In this document: one piece after another, positions 1 to 11,186 of the stretch | Numbering within the stretch: position 1 is the first letter of the stretch | How the letters are laid out: each line of letters starts with the position of its first letter | NCBI RefSeq assembly: GCF_030028105.1 | Contig: NC_092379.1 | Span: 25,165,821-25,229,820, forward strand | Reading direction: 5' to 3' | DNA from: Mobula birostris | Lineage: Eukaryota | Length of the DNA stretch: 64,000 bases | Made by a program: the position numbers and the translations under genes | The notes under the pieces: generated by a model | Database searches by the model: none | What the model saw: the letters and a program-made list of their open reading frames with translations, nothing else | Told to the model about the DNA's origin: nothing

Positions 1-825
1 CCACGTGTGTTGGAATCCGTCTCTTCATGTTCAGCGTTCTGTGTATGAGTCCCGGCCCTACGTCCTGTTCCCAAGGAGGGGTGCCGGCTCTGTGTTAGGT
101 GTATGAGTCCCGGCCCTACGTCCTGTTCCGAAGGAGGGGTCCCAGCTCTGTGTTCCATGTTCCCGACTCTTCTAGTCCAAGTCTCCGTGCTCCTGAAGGC
201 CCTTGTTCAGTCCGTGCCTAGTCCAATCCTAACCAAGTCCTGTCCATGTTCCTTTACATGTTCTTGTGTCTACCTATCCCCAGGAGTTCCTCACCCAAGC
301 ATTGTCCAGTCCTGTAGCCTCGTCTTGTCTTTACCTAGTTCTAGAGTCCGAACCCAAGTCAAGTCTCAGGTTTTGAGTCCTGGCCCAGTCCCTGGTTCAG
401 AATCCATACCCAAGCCTCAAGACCCCAAGCCTGTATCCAAGCCTCAAGTCTCAAGATCTTAAACCTGTCTCCAAGCCTCAAGCCTCTAGACCCCAAGCCT
501 GTCTCCAAGCCTCAAGCCTCAAGACCACAACCTCCAGTTCTGCAGTCATGTCTTGCCTTTGCCTGAATCTGGGACCTGAACCTGCAGCAAGACACACGTT
601 TTTTGTGCTTGTCCAGTCTCATGCTCGGGGTTCATACCCAGGCTCCTAGTTCATACTTCCTTCTCCGGATTTCCTGTGTAGTCCATGTCCTAGTCCAAGT
701 CTGCGTTCCTGTTCCTGCTCCTTGTCTGCATCCTGTCACGTCCCTACTCTAGTCAAGTCCTGTTCCTTATGCTTCAGTCTTTGTGTGTTGAATTTGGGTC
801 CGCTACCAGCGCTCTATTTGTGACA
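1..825 (+). mobile_element. 3' part of an LTR-like element with internal tandem arrays (same family as 49220-49663 and 62830-64000)
   Basis: Ends ...TTTGGGTCCGC...GTGACA at 825, matching the terminus of the mini-LTRs at 49339/49663. 480-760 matches the reverse complement of about 62930-63260. Internal repeats: about 57-bp duplication at 41-155 and CCAAGCCTCAAG-type units at 410-530. Confidence 0.6.
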
Positions 826-934
826 ATAGATACATTACTTGAACCGAGGCAGGTTAAAGTGTATAAACACAGGATCGAAAGCAATACATGGACCCATCTG
901 TTAATATGAATACGATAGTCAGACTTAAGTCGTA

Positions 935-1350
935 CAGTCATGGAACAGTACAGCACAGAAACAGGCACTTTAGACCATCTGGTCAATTTTGAGCTTATTT
1001 AAACGGCCTACTCCAGTTGAACTGCAACGGGACCATTGCCTCAATGCCACTCCCATACACTTACCTGTCCAAGCTATGATTAAACATTGAAATAGAGTCA
1101 CATGCACCAGCTGTTCCACATTCCCTCGAAGTTCGAAGTGAAGAAGATTCCCCTTATGTTCCATTTACACTTTTCGATATTTTCTTTAGTCCCACGTAAA
1201 GTAATTGGGAAAAAAAATACTGTTGCATGTACCCTTTGCACGCACCTCATAAATCCGTGTACCTCTATGGAATCTCCTGTATGTTTTTTTTTCTACGTTC
1301 CAACGAAAAAGAGTCCTGAAATACTTAATCATTCCTTATAACTGGGATCC
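935..1350 (-). mobile_element. degenerate CR1-type LINE 3' fragment
   Basis: ACAGTACAGCACAGAAACAGGC 3' motif and decayed RT C-terminal sequence resembling the better CR1 copies in this window. Confidence 0.5.
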
Positions 1351-2349
1351 TCCAGAAGTGGCATGGCATTATATATTTTTTTACTCTCTTTAAAATTTAT
1401 GTACACTTCTTTTTTTCCGGTAAATAAGCGAACAAAATTTCAGACAATAATCCAGATTAGGCACCACCAGCGTTTTATCGAACTTTCACATAACATCCCA
1501 CCTGTTACACAGTATTTAGATTTATCAGGGCCAATGAACCAGAAGCTTTATTTGCGATCAAATCTACCTTCAACGTCATGTTTTTTGTTTTTTGTTTTTT
1601 TTTTTTTTGGTCCATTTATTCTATCGTACTAATCGACACGCTGACATTCTTTTTTTTTCCAGCCAGGGACACAATTTTTTTTTTTCCTTAAATCAAATGT
1701 CTCTACACCTGCTATCTTTATTTTATTTTCTGACATTATCATAGAAGTATCGATATGTCAATATTTCAGTTCTGAAGGTCTGCATTTGCAAGTAGACATT
1801 TGCCAGTAAATAATCTGTCCCAATTCAGACTTGCTTGATCCTTTGAAATACCAAATCAGCTGACCTTTCTCAAATTTAGAATTTCGATATGCGGCCCAGA
1901 CATATATATATATATATATTTTCCTGCTGCTGCAGTGCCTCAGAACGGAGCGATGTCCACTTAGAACAGAGAGCAGTAGTATTTTCCTCATCAAAGTGGA
2001 GGGGATTCCGTGCAATTCATTGCTAAAAGAATGCTGCGGAAACTAGGTGACACAATGCATTTAAGTGGTGCTTGATGTGTTCTAGATTAGTTAGGGCGGC
2101 ATGTTTGAGGGAAAAAAAAAAGACAGTGGAATGGGGTTGTAAGGGTTAATAAATCAGCTCTGATAGAATTGAAGAGAAGAATCGATGAGACGCATGATCT
2201 TATTCCGCTCCAATGTTTTACAGTCATATGATTTACTTGCTGGAGCATTCGTAAGGGCCGCAGAATTCCCAAGGCCAACATAGTCCGCCAGAAAAGGCAG
2301 GATCCTCCAGTGCCACACATTTTAATTCCACGTCCCATTCATATTCGGA

Positions 2350-2875
2350 TATGTCTGTCCAGGACCTCCTCTAGTGTACAGATGAAGCCACACTCAGGTT
2401 AGAGGAACAACACCTTATATTCCGTCTGGGTAGCCTCCAACCTGATGGCATGAACACTGACTTCTCAAACTTCCGCTAATGCCCCACCTCCCCCATGTAC
2501 CACATCCGTTATGTACTTATGTACAGACATTCTTTTTCTCTCTCCCCTTTTTTCTCCTTCTGTCCCCCTCACTTTACCCCTTGCTTATCCTCTGGTTCTT
2601 TCCACCCTCCCCCTTTTCTTCCTCCCAAGGCCTCCTGCCCCATGATCCTCTCATATCCCTTTTTACAATCAACTGTCCAGCTCTTGGCTCCATCCCTGCT
2701 CCTCCTGTCTTCTCCTATCATTTTAGATCTCCTTCTTTCCCTCCTACTTTCAAATCTCTTACTAGCTCTTCTTTCAGTTAGTCCTGACGAAGGGTCTCGG
2801 CCCGAAACGTCGACGGTACCTCTTTCTAGAGATGCTGCCTGGCCTGCTGCGTTCACCAGCAACTTTTATGTGTGA
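2350..2875. mobile_element. Penelope-like element fragment
   Basis: Reverse complement of 42990-43520; contains GAGGAACAACACCTTATATTCCG and the GTTCACCAGCAACTT end shared with the GIY-YIG-bearing copy. Confidence 0.6.
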
Positions 2876-3049
2876 TGCTTACCACATAATTCTTAATAAT
2901 GTGAAATGAATCAACATTCCCGACGAAAACGACGTGGCCACGTGGAGAACGTACAGGATCATAACAGGCGACATCGAGAATGGACCCCCTAACGTAGAAT
3001 TATCGCTTTAATGGGTTCTGCTAACTTGTGCGGTCCCATGTAATTGCAG

Positions 3050-3960
3050 CAGATTGAACATTGTGTCACCTGATGTGCTATTATGCAATATCAGCACAAT
3101 AAGTCAGCTTTAATTGAAACTATACTAAGAAACACGAAATCGGCACGTAAGAGTGAGAAAAGAACTAGCATTATATTGCTCAGCTATTGTCAGGTTATCA
3201 TCATTTTGCCATGCAACTTTTGTCATGCGTATGTAATTCAATGCGTATGTAATTCATTTATATATATATATATATGGATATATACACCACTCCCGTCTAC
3301 GTGCGTTTTCTGTGCATATGTTGAGCATTTTCTATTCACGAATTATGAACACATGTCCGACACTACAGAATAGCTCAAGTCTGCGCTGCACTGCAGAATT
3401 TGCACACCAAAAATGCCATCTTGATTCAGTTGGTTGCAAGTGGTAGGTTGCAATATTTGTAAATATTGATGTGAGTGCAGAAGCTAATGATAATCATTCA
3501 AATACGAACTTTCTGGTTAGTTGCTGGAAAATTTTAGTCAGGTTATTAATGTGCTTATATCTGTGGTGATGACAGATGGACTCGAGCTAACGCTGATATA
3601 AATAATCTCAGAAATGTATGTCCCAGATTAGAATGCAGAGCGCCAGAAACGGAACACATTTGTCCCCACCAACGCATAAAATATTTTCAACAGGAGATAT
3701 GCAAATATTCAAACGATCCATCAGTAATGGTTAATCTATCAGCTATCCTTCTGTCAGCTGGAGGATGTTAAAACAGATATATTATTCAGGATCATTCTGG
3801 GTCTTTTTTTTTTCATCGTAATCGCTGGGAATCGGAACATACCGATTGCGGGTCCAGTGCAATTGCCGTAATCTATGTGCAGTTATCGCCCTAATTGTTC
3901 TTTCTTTTTTTTTTTTACTCAGAGCTGATTTTATACAGAGATACTGAACAAAAAAAAAAT
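3050..3960 (-). repeat. copy 1 (distal part) of a locally duplicated non-coding unit; continues at 8860-9120 after the LTR insertion
   Basis: Collinear similarity to 9260-9625 plus 10340-10860, for example CAGATGGACTCG, CCCCACCAACGCA, ATATGCAAAT, TATCCTTCTGTCAGCTG. Confidence 0.75.
3699..3706 (+). promoter_or_regulatory. Ig-type octamer ATGCAAAT, copy 1
   Basis: Exact octamer, conserved at the homologous position in copy 2, flanked by E-boxes CAGATG and CAGCTG. Function is inferred only. Confidence 0.4.
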
Positions 3961-4363
3961 CAATGAAATATTCATAATAATCATCATCAGCATAAAAAAA
4001 TAAATCGTGTTCTGAATGGTTGATCTGAGCAGTGTCCGTTGGAGTTGTAGTCGTCAATCTTTAATGTATTTCCCACGATCAAAAGATGTTCCTAGGCAAA
4101 AACCGAAGGAGCTGGAATTGGTATTGATCGTGCTAAAGCTCTGTGTGAAGGCCTCTACCACAACGCCAAACAGTGCATTACGGGCAATGTACTCACGAAT
4201 ATATATGTAATTAAACATAAATAATTACCCAGTCTCACATTAGATGCATGCCCTCTCATATTAGATATAAAAATAAAACACTACGAAACAAAAAAAAAAC
4301 AAACAAACAAAAGGACAACAACTGAGGATAAGGTGCTGTGCGCCGATATTTTTCCAAACATCT

Positions 4364-5049
4364 TGCAGCCCCCCTAGAGTCGCTCGGCTCGCTGTCGTTT
4401 AGGGAGTCAGTCCTCGGCCCTGCCAAACAGGGTAATCAGTTTGTGTGGATGCTGTGTGATGTACCACACCCCACCGAAATAACAAACAATACAACAGATA
4501 CGATTAAATGATTTAGAATTTATAGATATTACTGCAACTATATAATTAATAGAGAAAAAAAATATAACAAGGGAAAATAAAAAGGCTCCACACTTATCAA
4601 AGTTCAATCTCTTCGTGCCAAACAGCTGGAGCTCAGGACCCTTCTTGTTCACACTGCCACCCCTCGGACCACCTCGACCGGCTCTGGGACTAACAACGGT
4701 GGTCGACCAGATGCTTCACACGAGTCGGTCTCCGTCTCCTTCCTTCGCCGAACGCCCCGCTCGGGGTCGGACCTCGTTAGCGGACATCACAGCACCTGCT
4801 CCATCTTCTGACCCTCTCTCTCGCCTCTGTCCTAAAACCCCGCTATACAATATGTTACAGGCACACCAAAAGCATAACAACTATCCCAATTGGTTCCTAA
4901 CATGTTCTTATCAGTAACGTGATCCAAACAACTGCTAGCGGGAGGACTTTCTCAGCAGTTAACAGAACAAAAAAGCCCTTTCAGTTATAACATAACAAAG
5001 AAGCCATTTTAATTAGACTACGCAGTGACATAAAAAAAAAACGCATACA
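4364..5049 (-). repeat. 3' LTR of the Gypsy element
   Basis: Direct repeat of 7817-8512; adjacent to the polypurine tract. Confidence 0.85.
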
Positions 5050-7795
5050 CTCTCCCCCCACCAAATAAAGTCATTTCCTCATGACTTTTAAATAACTCGC
5101 CAACCAGTCCTACAGACACAGAAACCCCATCCAGATACACAGAGTGACATGCTCCCCAAACAGTGGGCCTTCCGCCCGTCCATGGACGCTACAAAGGCCA
5201 ACCCATCTGTGAGCTTCCTAATCCTCCGCAACCCCCGTACCCCCTCACCTAAACTCTAAATGCTCAGACACTAGTAGGAATACCTCGGGCCTGATTGACA
5301 ACTCCACTCTCAGTCAGGCCACCATTACAACTTGCAGCTCCTGTCCCGTGCCCAGGGCCCCGCTTCTTTTCCTTCCTGGTCCTGCCGTAACTCAGACTTC
5401 CCACATCTAGCCCTCCCCACCACACCTGACTCAGTGAGAAAAGGGCCGAAGGTCTCTTCCTGAATCACGGGGAATTTAGCGAAAGGCAGCATGTAGCACA
5501 TGTCCAGTTTGACATCCTTCGAATTCGAGTTCTTCCTTATTCCCCCGATCAGTAACTGCTGTTTGAGTTTATCCACCTTGAAACATTTAGCCAGGGCTAC
5601 TCCTTCAGCCTCCTGCAGTCGAGACGTCAGCTTCTTCGGGGACTCTTTCAACACTTGCCACAGTCTCAGCAGTTCTTCCTCACGGTCCTCGGTCATCTCA
5701 ACCTGGGACGCAGTTTCCCCACCAACTTCTTCCGCCCTGACCTGAAAAGCAGCCGTTAAAGTATGCTCAGCCTCCAGTTTTTTTTTTGTTTTTTTTTTTT
5801 CCCTTCCTGATGACGTCTTCCAGGTCAACGTTCAGTTTGTCCACTTCATTTAAACTGTCGATAGTCATCTTCAGGATCCTTCCAGGCATCCGCTTCCCTT
5901 TTCCGAGATCTGTCCTCCATTTCTTCAGCTCCTCATGAGTGTAGTTAAACTCCCCTCCTTGGGCTTTCGGTTTTCTGTTGGCCTTAGTCAGAAACCTCCT
6001 TGATCTTCCCCAACTTGTAATTCTTCCAATATTTTCTGGATCGACGTCTTGAGTTTCTGCTGATCCCTTCGAAGGTAGGTTATTGTTCTTTCTCGCTGGA
6101 TTAATTCATCAGTACATGACCGCATTTCGACTCAGAATTCCGTTGCTCCTTCTCCACGTTGGCCAGCGTGAATGCCAAGTCTGCAATGGTTGTCCCACAA
6201 GTGCGGCACACAGTCTTCGGTCGACATCTCTGAACACTATGTTCAGCGGTGCAAATCCCCTCTCTCCCCTGTGTCTCATTCAGATTGACGGCCTGTATTT
6301 CCATCCCCAGGTCCACAACCGTCTGTTCCAACACCAGGAAGTTCAAATGGTAAGTCGGCTCATTTTTCTCATATCGCACCGAACGCTTCTGGCTAAAACT
6401 CCTCCACATTTGACAGTTCGCTTCTGTCGCCCGGACTCAGCCACTCATCTCACCTCATTGTCCTGCCAGGCGAATCCAAGCTCTAGGCGGTCACCACATA
6501 CGCCAAAACTCCACGTAGCTTCACTTCCCACATGGTCTTTCTCATGCCCCGCGGGAAGGATGCAGGGGCTCCGGTATGCCCTTGGACAACTTTTGAATCT
6601 GAAGAATCGTAGGGAACTAATAACGGCCCTCTTCGGCTGGACAGCAGCACTCCTCGGGATCTGGCAACAACCACTCCTCAGATCCAGCACATTAAACCAC
6701 GGCACCAGGGTCCAGTTGCCGCGACCTCTCTCTCATTGAGGTGTCTTCAGCGGTCAACACCCCTCCTTCGTGGTAGTTCGGAGCGTCTACTAAGAGGGTC
6801 TCACCCTCAGCTACTTTCCCCAGGCTGTACCACCGCTGGGTCTCGTTTAAAGTACCAGCTCAAGGCTGCTACACACGTCCTCAGAAACAACTCGACACGC
6901 TGGGTGCCCAGACAATGCCCCTGTGAACTCTAGGGTCATTAACCAATCATCGTCTTCTGGATAGTTACTGGCACTGGTACCCAAAATTTCTGGTGTCCTT
7001 GCAGTTGTCAAGGATAAATGCTTCAGACACCGGTTGCAAAACGAACTGTACAGCAACTTGACCTGCACCCCGGGTTCGAGGATTACTGTAGCATCGCTTT
7101 CCTCTGTATGTAACGACACCCTGAGGTGTGGTCCCTCTGAGCCTTCAGGTATAGTGTCTTTCCTTTCGGAAGTTCATTGGTACATTGCTGGGAACGTGCT
7201 TCCCCAGAGACCTCAAGCCGTACCCCCACTGGGCCTCTACTAAGTTTCCTGACACCTCTCTGATCTGCTGAACAACTGAAGGAGGGGCTGATCACCTGAA
7301 ATGATCCCCTGGAACTGCAAGCAATTTAGCCGCCCTCCTAGCCAGTGAAAACTTCTCCCCCTCTTTCAAATAACTGACAGCTCACTACGGTATAAGTGAA
7401 CCTGCCTGCTCTAACACCGTCACCAGCCCGGCTACTTAAACATTCAACAAATCTCTGTCGTTCTCTCTCTACCGAGTCATCTAACAACTGAGAGATCTTC
7501 TCCGCCCACGTCTCTCACGCCTCCGCCCCTCTTGGGGTGGACATTACTCCAAACGCCAGGCAGAGTCTGCCAGAGCTAGGGCATTTATTCGCAGACACTA
7601 CCTCTAAATCAGAGAACTATTTCCTCTCTCCCAACAGCATTGACTGCCCCGAGTTCCACCTCCAACTCATCAATGCTAGTCTGAACTCGAACAAAGACAT
7701 CACCCACCACGCAAGCAGCAATAACCAGCAAATAACCCACAGAACAGACATTAATGATTTAAACAGGGTAACCACACAGCATACCAGTCGATCCA

Positions 7796-7813
7796 ATCCC
7801 GGACGAGCCCCCA
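7796..7813 (-). promoter_or_regulatory. primer-binding site, tRNA-Pro
   Basis: Minus strand reads TGGGGGCTCGTCCGGGAT, the canonical 18-nt tRNA-Pro PBS, 3 nt inside the 5' LTR boundary. Confidence 0.9.
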
Positions 7814-7816
7814 CAA

Positions 7817-8512
7817 TGTAGCCCCCTGGCCAGCCTCAGGGTCGGAGGGATCGCTGTCGTCTAGGGAAACAGCCCTCGGCCCAGCCAAACTGGGAAATTA
7901 GTTTGTGTGGATGCAGTGTGATGTACCCTATCCCGCCCAAATAACAAACAATACACCAGATACGATTAAATGATTAACAGTTTGTAGATATTTCTGGAGC
8001 TATATAATCACTAGAGAATAAAATATAACAAGGACATAAAAGGCGTCAGTCATATCAAACTTCAATCTCTTCGCGCACAAACAGTTGGAGCTCAGGAGCA
8101 TTCTTCTTCACCCTTCAACCCCTCGAACTACCTCGACCGGCCGACTGGGACTAACAACGGTGGTCGACCAGACCCTCCACACGAGTCCGTCTCCATCTCC
8201 TCTCCTCTCCAAACGCCCCGCTCGGGGTCTGACCCCGTAAGCGGGCATCACAGCACCTGGTCCATCCTCTGTCTCTCTCTCTCGCCTTCTGCCTCAAAAC
8301 CCCGCGCATACAATATCTTACAGGCACACCAAAAGCATATCAACCATCCCAATTGGTTCAAGACATCTTCTTATCAGTAACGTGATCCAAACAAACTGCT
8401 TTTCGGGAAGACTTCCTCAGCAGTTAACATAACAAATAAGGTATTCAATTGTAACATAACAAATAAGCCATTTTAATTAGACTACACAGAGATATTATAA
8501 AAGAAACTTACA
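7817..8512 (-). repeat. 5' LTR of the Gypsy element
   Basis: Direct repeat of 4364-5049; followed on the minus strand by the PBS. Confidence 0.85.
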
Positions 8513-8524
8513 TTCTCATAATTT

Positions 8525-8885
8525 CATAAATTTCTGCACATCTCCCCGCATCATCTGTCAGTCCAGAGAGAATAAGCGGAACGCATGGAAACTCTCGTTG
8601 CATCATTTGCCTTCAAATCCAGGCAGCTTCCTTGCGAAACCTTCTGCACCACCCTAAATCAGCGACGTATTTCCCATATTGCGGTGACCAGAAATTTTAC
8701 AACATTTCAACTGCTCCTAATCAGAGATGTGTAAACTAGCAAAATGGTTTCCTGACTTTAGAATGTCATGCAACGATTAATAACTGCAAGCATGCCAGGT
8801 GTCTTCTTAACCACACTATCAACCTATGTAGCTACTTCCAGGTAGCTAAGAACCTGCACTGCAAGATTCTTCTGCTCAGTAGAAC
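8525..8885 (-). mobile_element. CR1 LINE RT C-terminal fragment
   Basis: Decayed match to the 3' RT region of the CR1 copies at 14455 and 56365. Confidence 0.55.
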
Positions 8886-8936
8886 TATTCAATGTATCGA
8901 ATTTAACAGTGTATTGTATCTTTACGTTTGCCTTAC

Positions 8937-8986
8937 CAAGCTGAATCAGTACACAGTTCAGTATCAGAGAGAAATACCATCGTCAT
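8937..8986 (-). pseudogene. orphan leader-like mini-exon, copy 1 (frameshifted)
   Basis: AAAATGA start and G|GTAAGG donor, homologous to 10910-10955; 50 nt, so out of phase; the alternative frame reads WYFSLILNCVLIQL. Confidence 0.3.
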
Positions 8987-9619
8987 TTTACCGCCCATAT
9001 CTGCAAGAGTTTCCACTGAGTTTTCGGCGAGTCGTCTACGCTCTCCACAACATCACCAAGTCTCGCCAAATTTCGAGCGCCAACGTAGTATGTCTATCCT
9101 GCACGTCTTTGTGATATGAAATAAATCGAATTCACTAGGAAAATGCTACGCTGTCACGGAATGAAGGTTGAAAGTCATCAAATGTTTCAGCCGAAATGGG
9201 TCACCTAACTTAGATCTTGCGATGCAATGAGTTGTGCTATCTTGTGCTTTTCCATGTCATTGCAGCATATTGAACGTTGCACAGCCTGGGGCGCTGGTAT
9301 GCCATATTAGCAGGTGACGACAGGCTTAACTTAAATGATAACTGGAAATGAAATCTGTACGCAAATTAAGAAGCAAACATATATCGTTCAAATATTTATA
9401 TTGTGCCAGGTTATCGCCTTTATTGGCACCCTATATTTCCTCATCTGTCTCCTCCTGCTTACGACCGTTCGCTGCATACGCGCTGAGTGTTTGCTGTTTT
9501 CAAATTACGAAAATGTTTCAGACACTGCATGATGGCTCAAGATTGCGATGGTCTGAGGAATCAGCAGAACTGAAATGGTATCTGGCATCCAGTCAGTTGC
9601 AAGTGATAGATTGTATAAA

Positions 9620-10330
9620 CATATAACCATATAGCAATTATATTCCGGAAACAGGCCATCTCGGCCCTTCTAGTCCTTGCCGAACTCTTACTCTCACCTA
9701 GTCCCACCGACCTGCACTCTACCCACAAGCCTCCATTCCTTTCCTGTCCATATAGCTGTCTAAGTTAACTTTAAACGACAGCATCCAACCTGCCTCAACC
9801 ACTTTGGTGGAAACTCGTTCCACACAGCTACCACTCTCTGAGTAAAGAAGTTCCCCCTCACGTTACCCCTAAACTTTTGCCCTTTAACTCTCATCTCATG
9901 TCCTCTTGTTTGAATCTCCCACATTCTCAATGGGAAAAAAAGCCTATCCACGTCAACTCTATCAAACCCCTTCATAATTTTTAACACCTCTATCAGATCC
10001 CCCCTCAACCTACTACGTTCCAAATAATTAAGAGCCATCTTGTTCAACCTTTCTCTTAACTGAGGCAATTAAACGCAAGTAACATTCCAGTAAATCTTCT
10101 CTGTACTCTCTCTAATTTTTTGACATCTTTCCTATAATTCGTTGACCAAAACTGAAGACAATAATCCAAATTTGGCCTCACCAATGCCTTGTAAAATTTC
10201 AAAATCACATCCCAAATCTTATACTCAATGCTCTGATCTATAAAGCCCAGCATACCAACAGTTTTCTTCACCACCCTATACACATGAGATTCCACCTCTA
10301 GAATTCCACTATTGTGATGGTTGCCAAGAC
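9620..10330 (-). mobile_element. CR1 LINE 3' fragment
   Basis: ORFs 9760-10068 (RLRGDLIEVLKIMKG) and 10056-10334 (LVRPNLDYCLQFWS) are typical CR1 RT C-termini; ATAACCAT-type tail. Confidence 0.9.
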
Positions 10331-10909
10331 TCATGCTAATCCCCGTGAAATCTCACTGCATGATGCATAAGTATTCTCTAAAAAAAAACACACCAAACAC
10401 GTAAATTTTTGCTCTGCTGTGGGTAAATATTATCAGCTCATTTAATGTTCTAAAATCAATATTGATCGCAGATGGACTCGCGGTTGGCGCTGATATAAAT
10501 ACTCTCAGAAATACAAGTCGCATGTTAGAATGCGGAGGAACAGAAATGGAACAACATTTTCCCCACCAACGCACAGCGTACTTAGAGGGAGAAATATGCA
10601 AATAATCAAAAGATGTTGCATTAATAAATCACCTTTTAAATATCCTTCTGTCAGCTGCAGTGTATCGAAATAGGTATTAATCAATATCGTTCAGAATACT
10701 TTTTTTTCCCATACCCTCAGGGAAACATAACATACCGAGCGCAGATCGAATGAGATTTAATGATTTACTTGTTCTCTTCATACACGTCCACTTATTGGCC
10801 TAGATGTCCTTTCTCCCATATATGGTTTTATCACTAGTATCCTTCTGTTAATCTGCACTCTTCAGGGTAGCGAACTCAATAGTGTATTTTATCTTTACGT
10901 TTAACTTAC

Positions 10910-10955
10910 CAACCGGCAGTACTACACAATTGGCAGGGCTGAATGTGATTTTCAT
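10910..10955 (-). pseudogene. orphan leader-like mini-exon, copy 2
   Basis: ATG...G|GTAAGT, 46 nt (15 codons plus 1, phase 1, the usual V-leader geometry), MKITFSPANCVVLPV; no V exon recognisable downstream. Confidence 0.35.
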
Positions 10956-11176
10956 TTTGCCAACCATATCTGCAACTGTTTATTTTCCACTGTGTTTTTT
11001 GACGAATTCTCTACGCTATTCACAACATCAGAAAACTTTATATCTTCACAAAGCATGCTAACCACCCATTAATATTTTAATTTTATCATGTATCTATATC
11101 ACAATTAACAGAGATCCCAGCATTTCTCCCTGCGAAACAATATTAAAAACAGAACTCCTGTTAAAATAAGGCCCTT

Positions 11177-11186
11177 TGATGTCACT
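11177..11186 (-). promoter_or_regulatory. TCR-Vbeta-type decamer AGTGACATCA (CRE-like)
   Basis: Exact match to AGTGAYRTCA about 220 bp upstream of the mini-exon ATG at 10955. Confidence 0.35.

Larger units (their letters stand above)
4364..8512 (-). mobile_element. internally deleted Gypsy-type LTR retrotransposon
   Basis: Paired LTRs 4364-5049 and 7817-8512 (TG...CA), tRNA-Pro PBS at 7796-7813, PPT at 5050-5060, near-TSD ATCT/TTCT, RT remnant [15 protein letters not shown] (6445-6705) and protease-like remnant around 6850-7120. Confidence 0.85.
9260..11040 (-). repeat. copy 2 of the duplicated unit, interrupted by a CR1 at 9620-10330
   Basis: Collinear similarity to 3050-3960 plus 8860-9060; octamer at 10596-10603. 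Confidence 0.75.

Noticed and set aside
10988-10994. CACTGTG heptamer (also at about 19224, 20372 and 27929)
   Set aside because: No nonamer at 12 or 23 nt in either direction; most lie inside transposon sequence.
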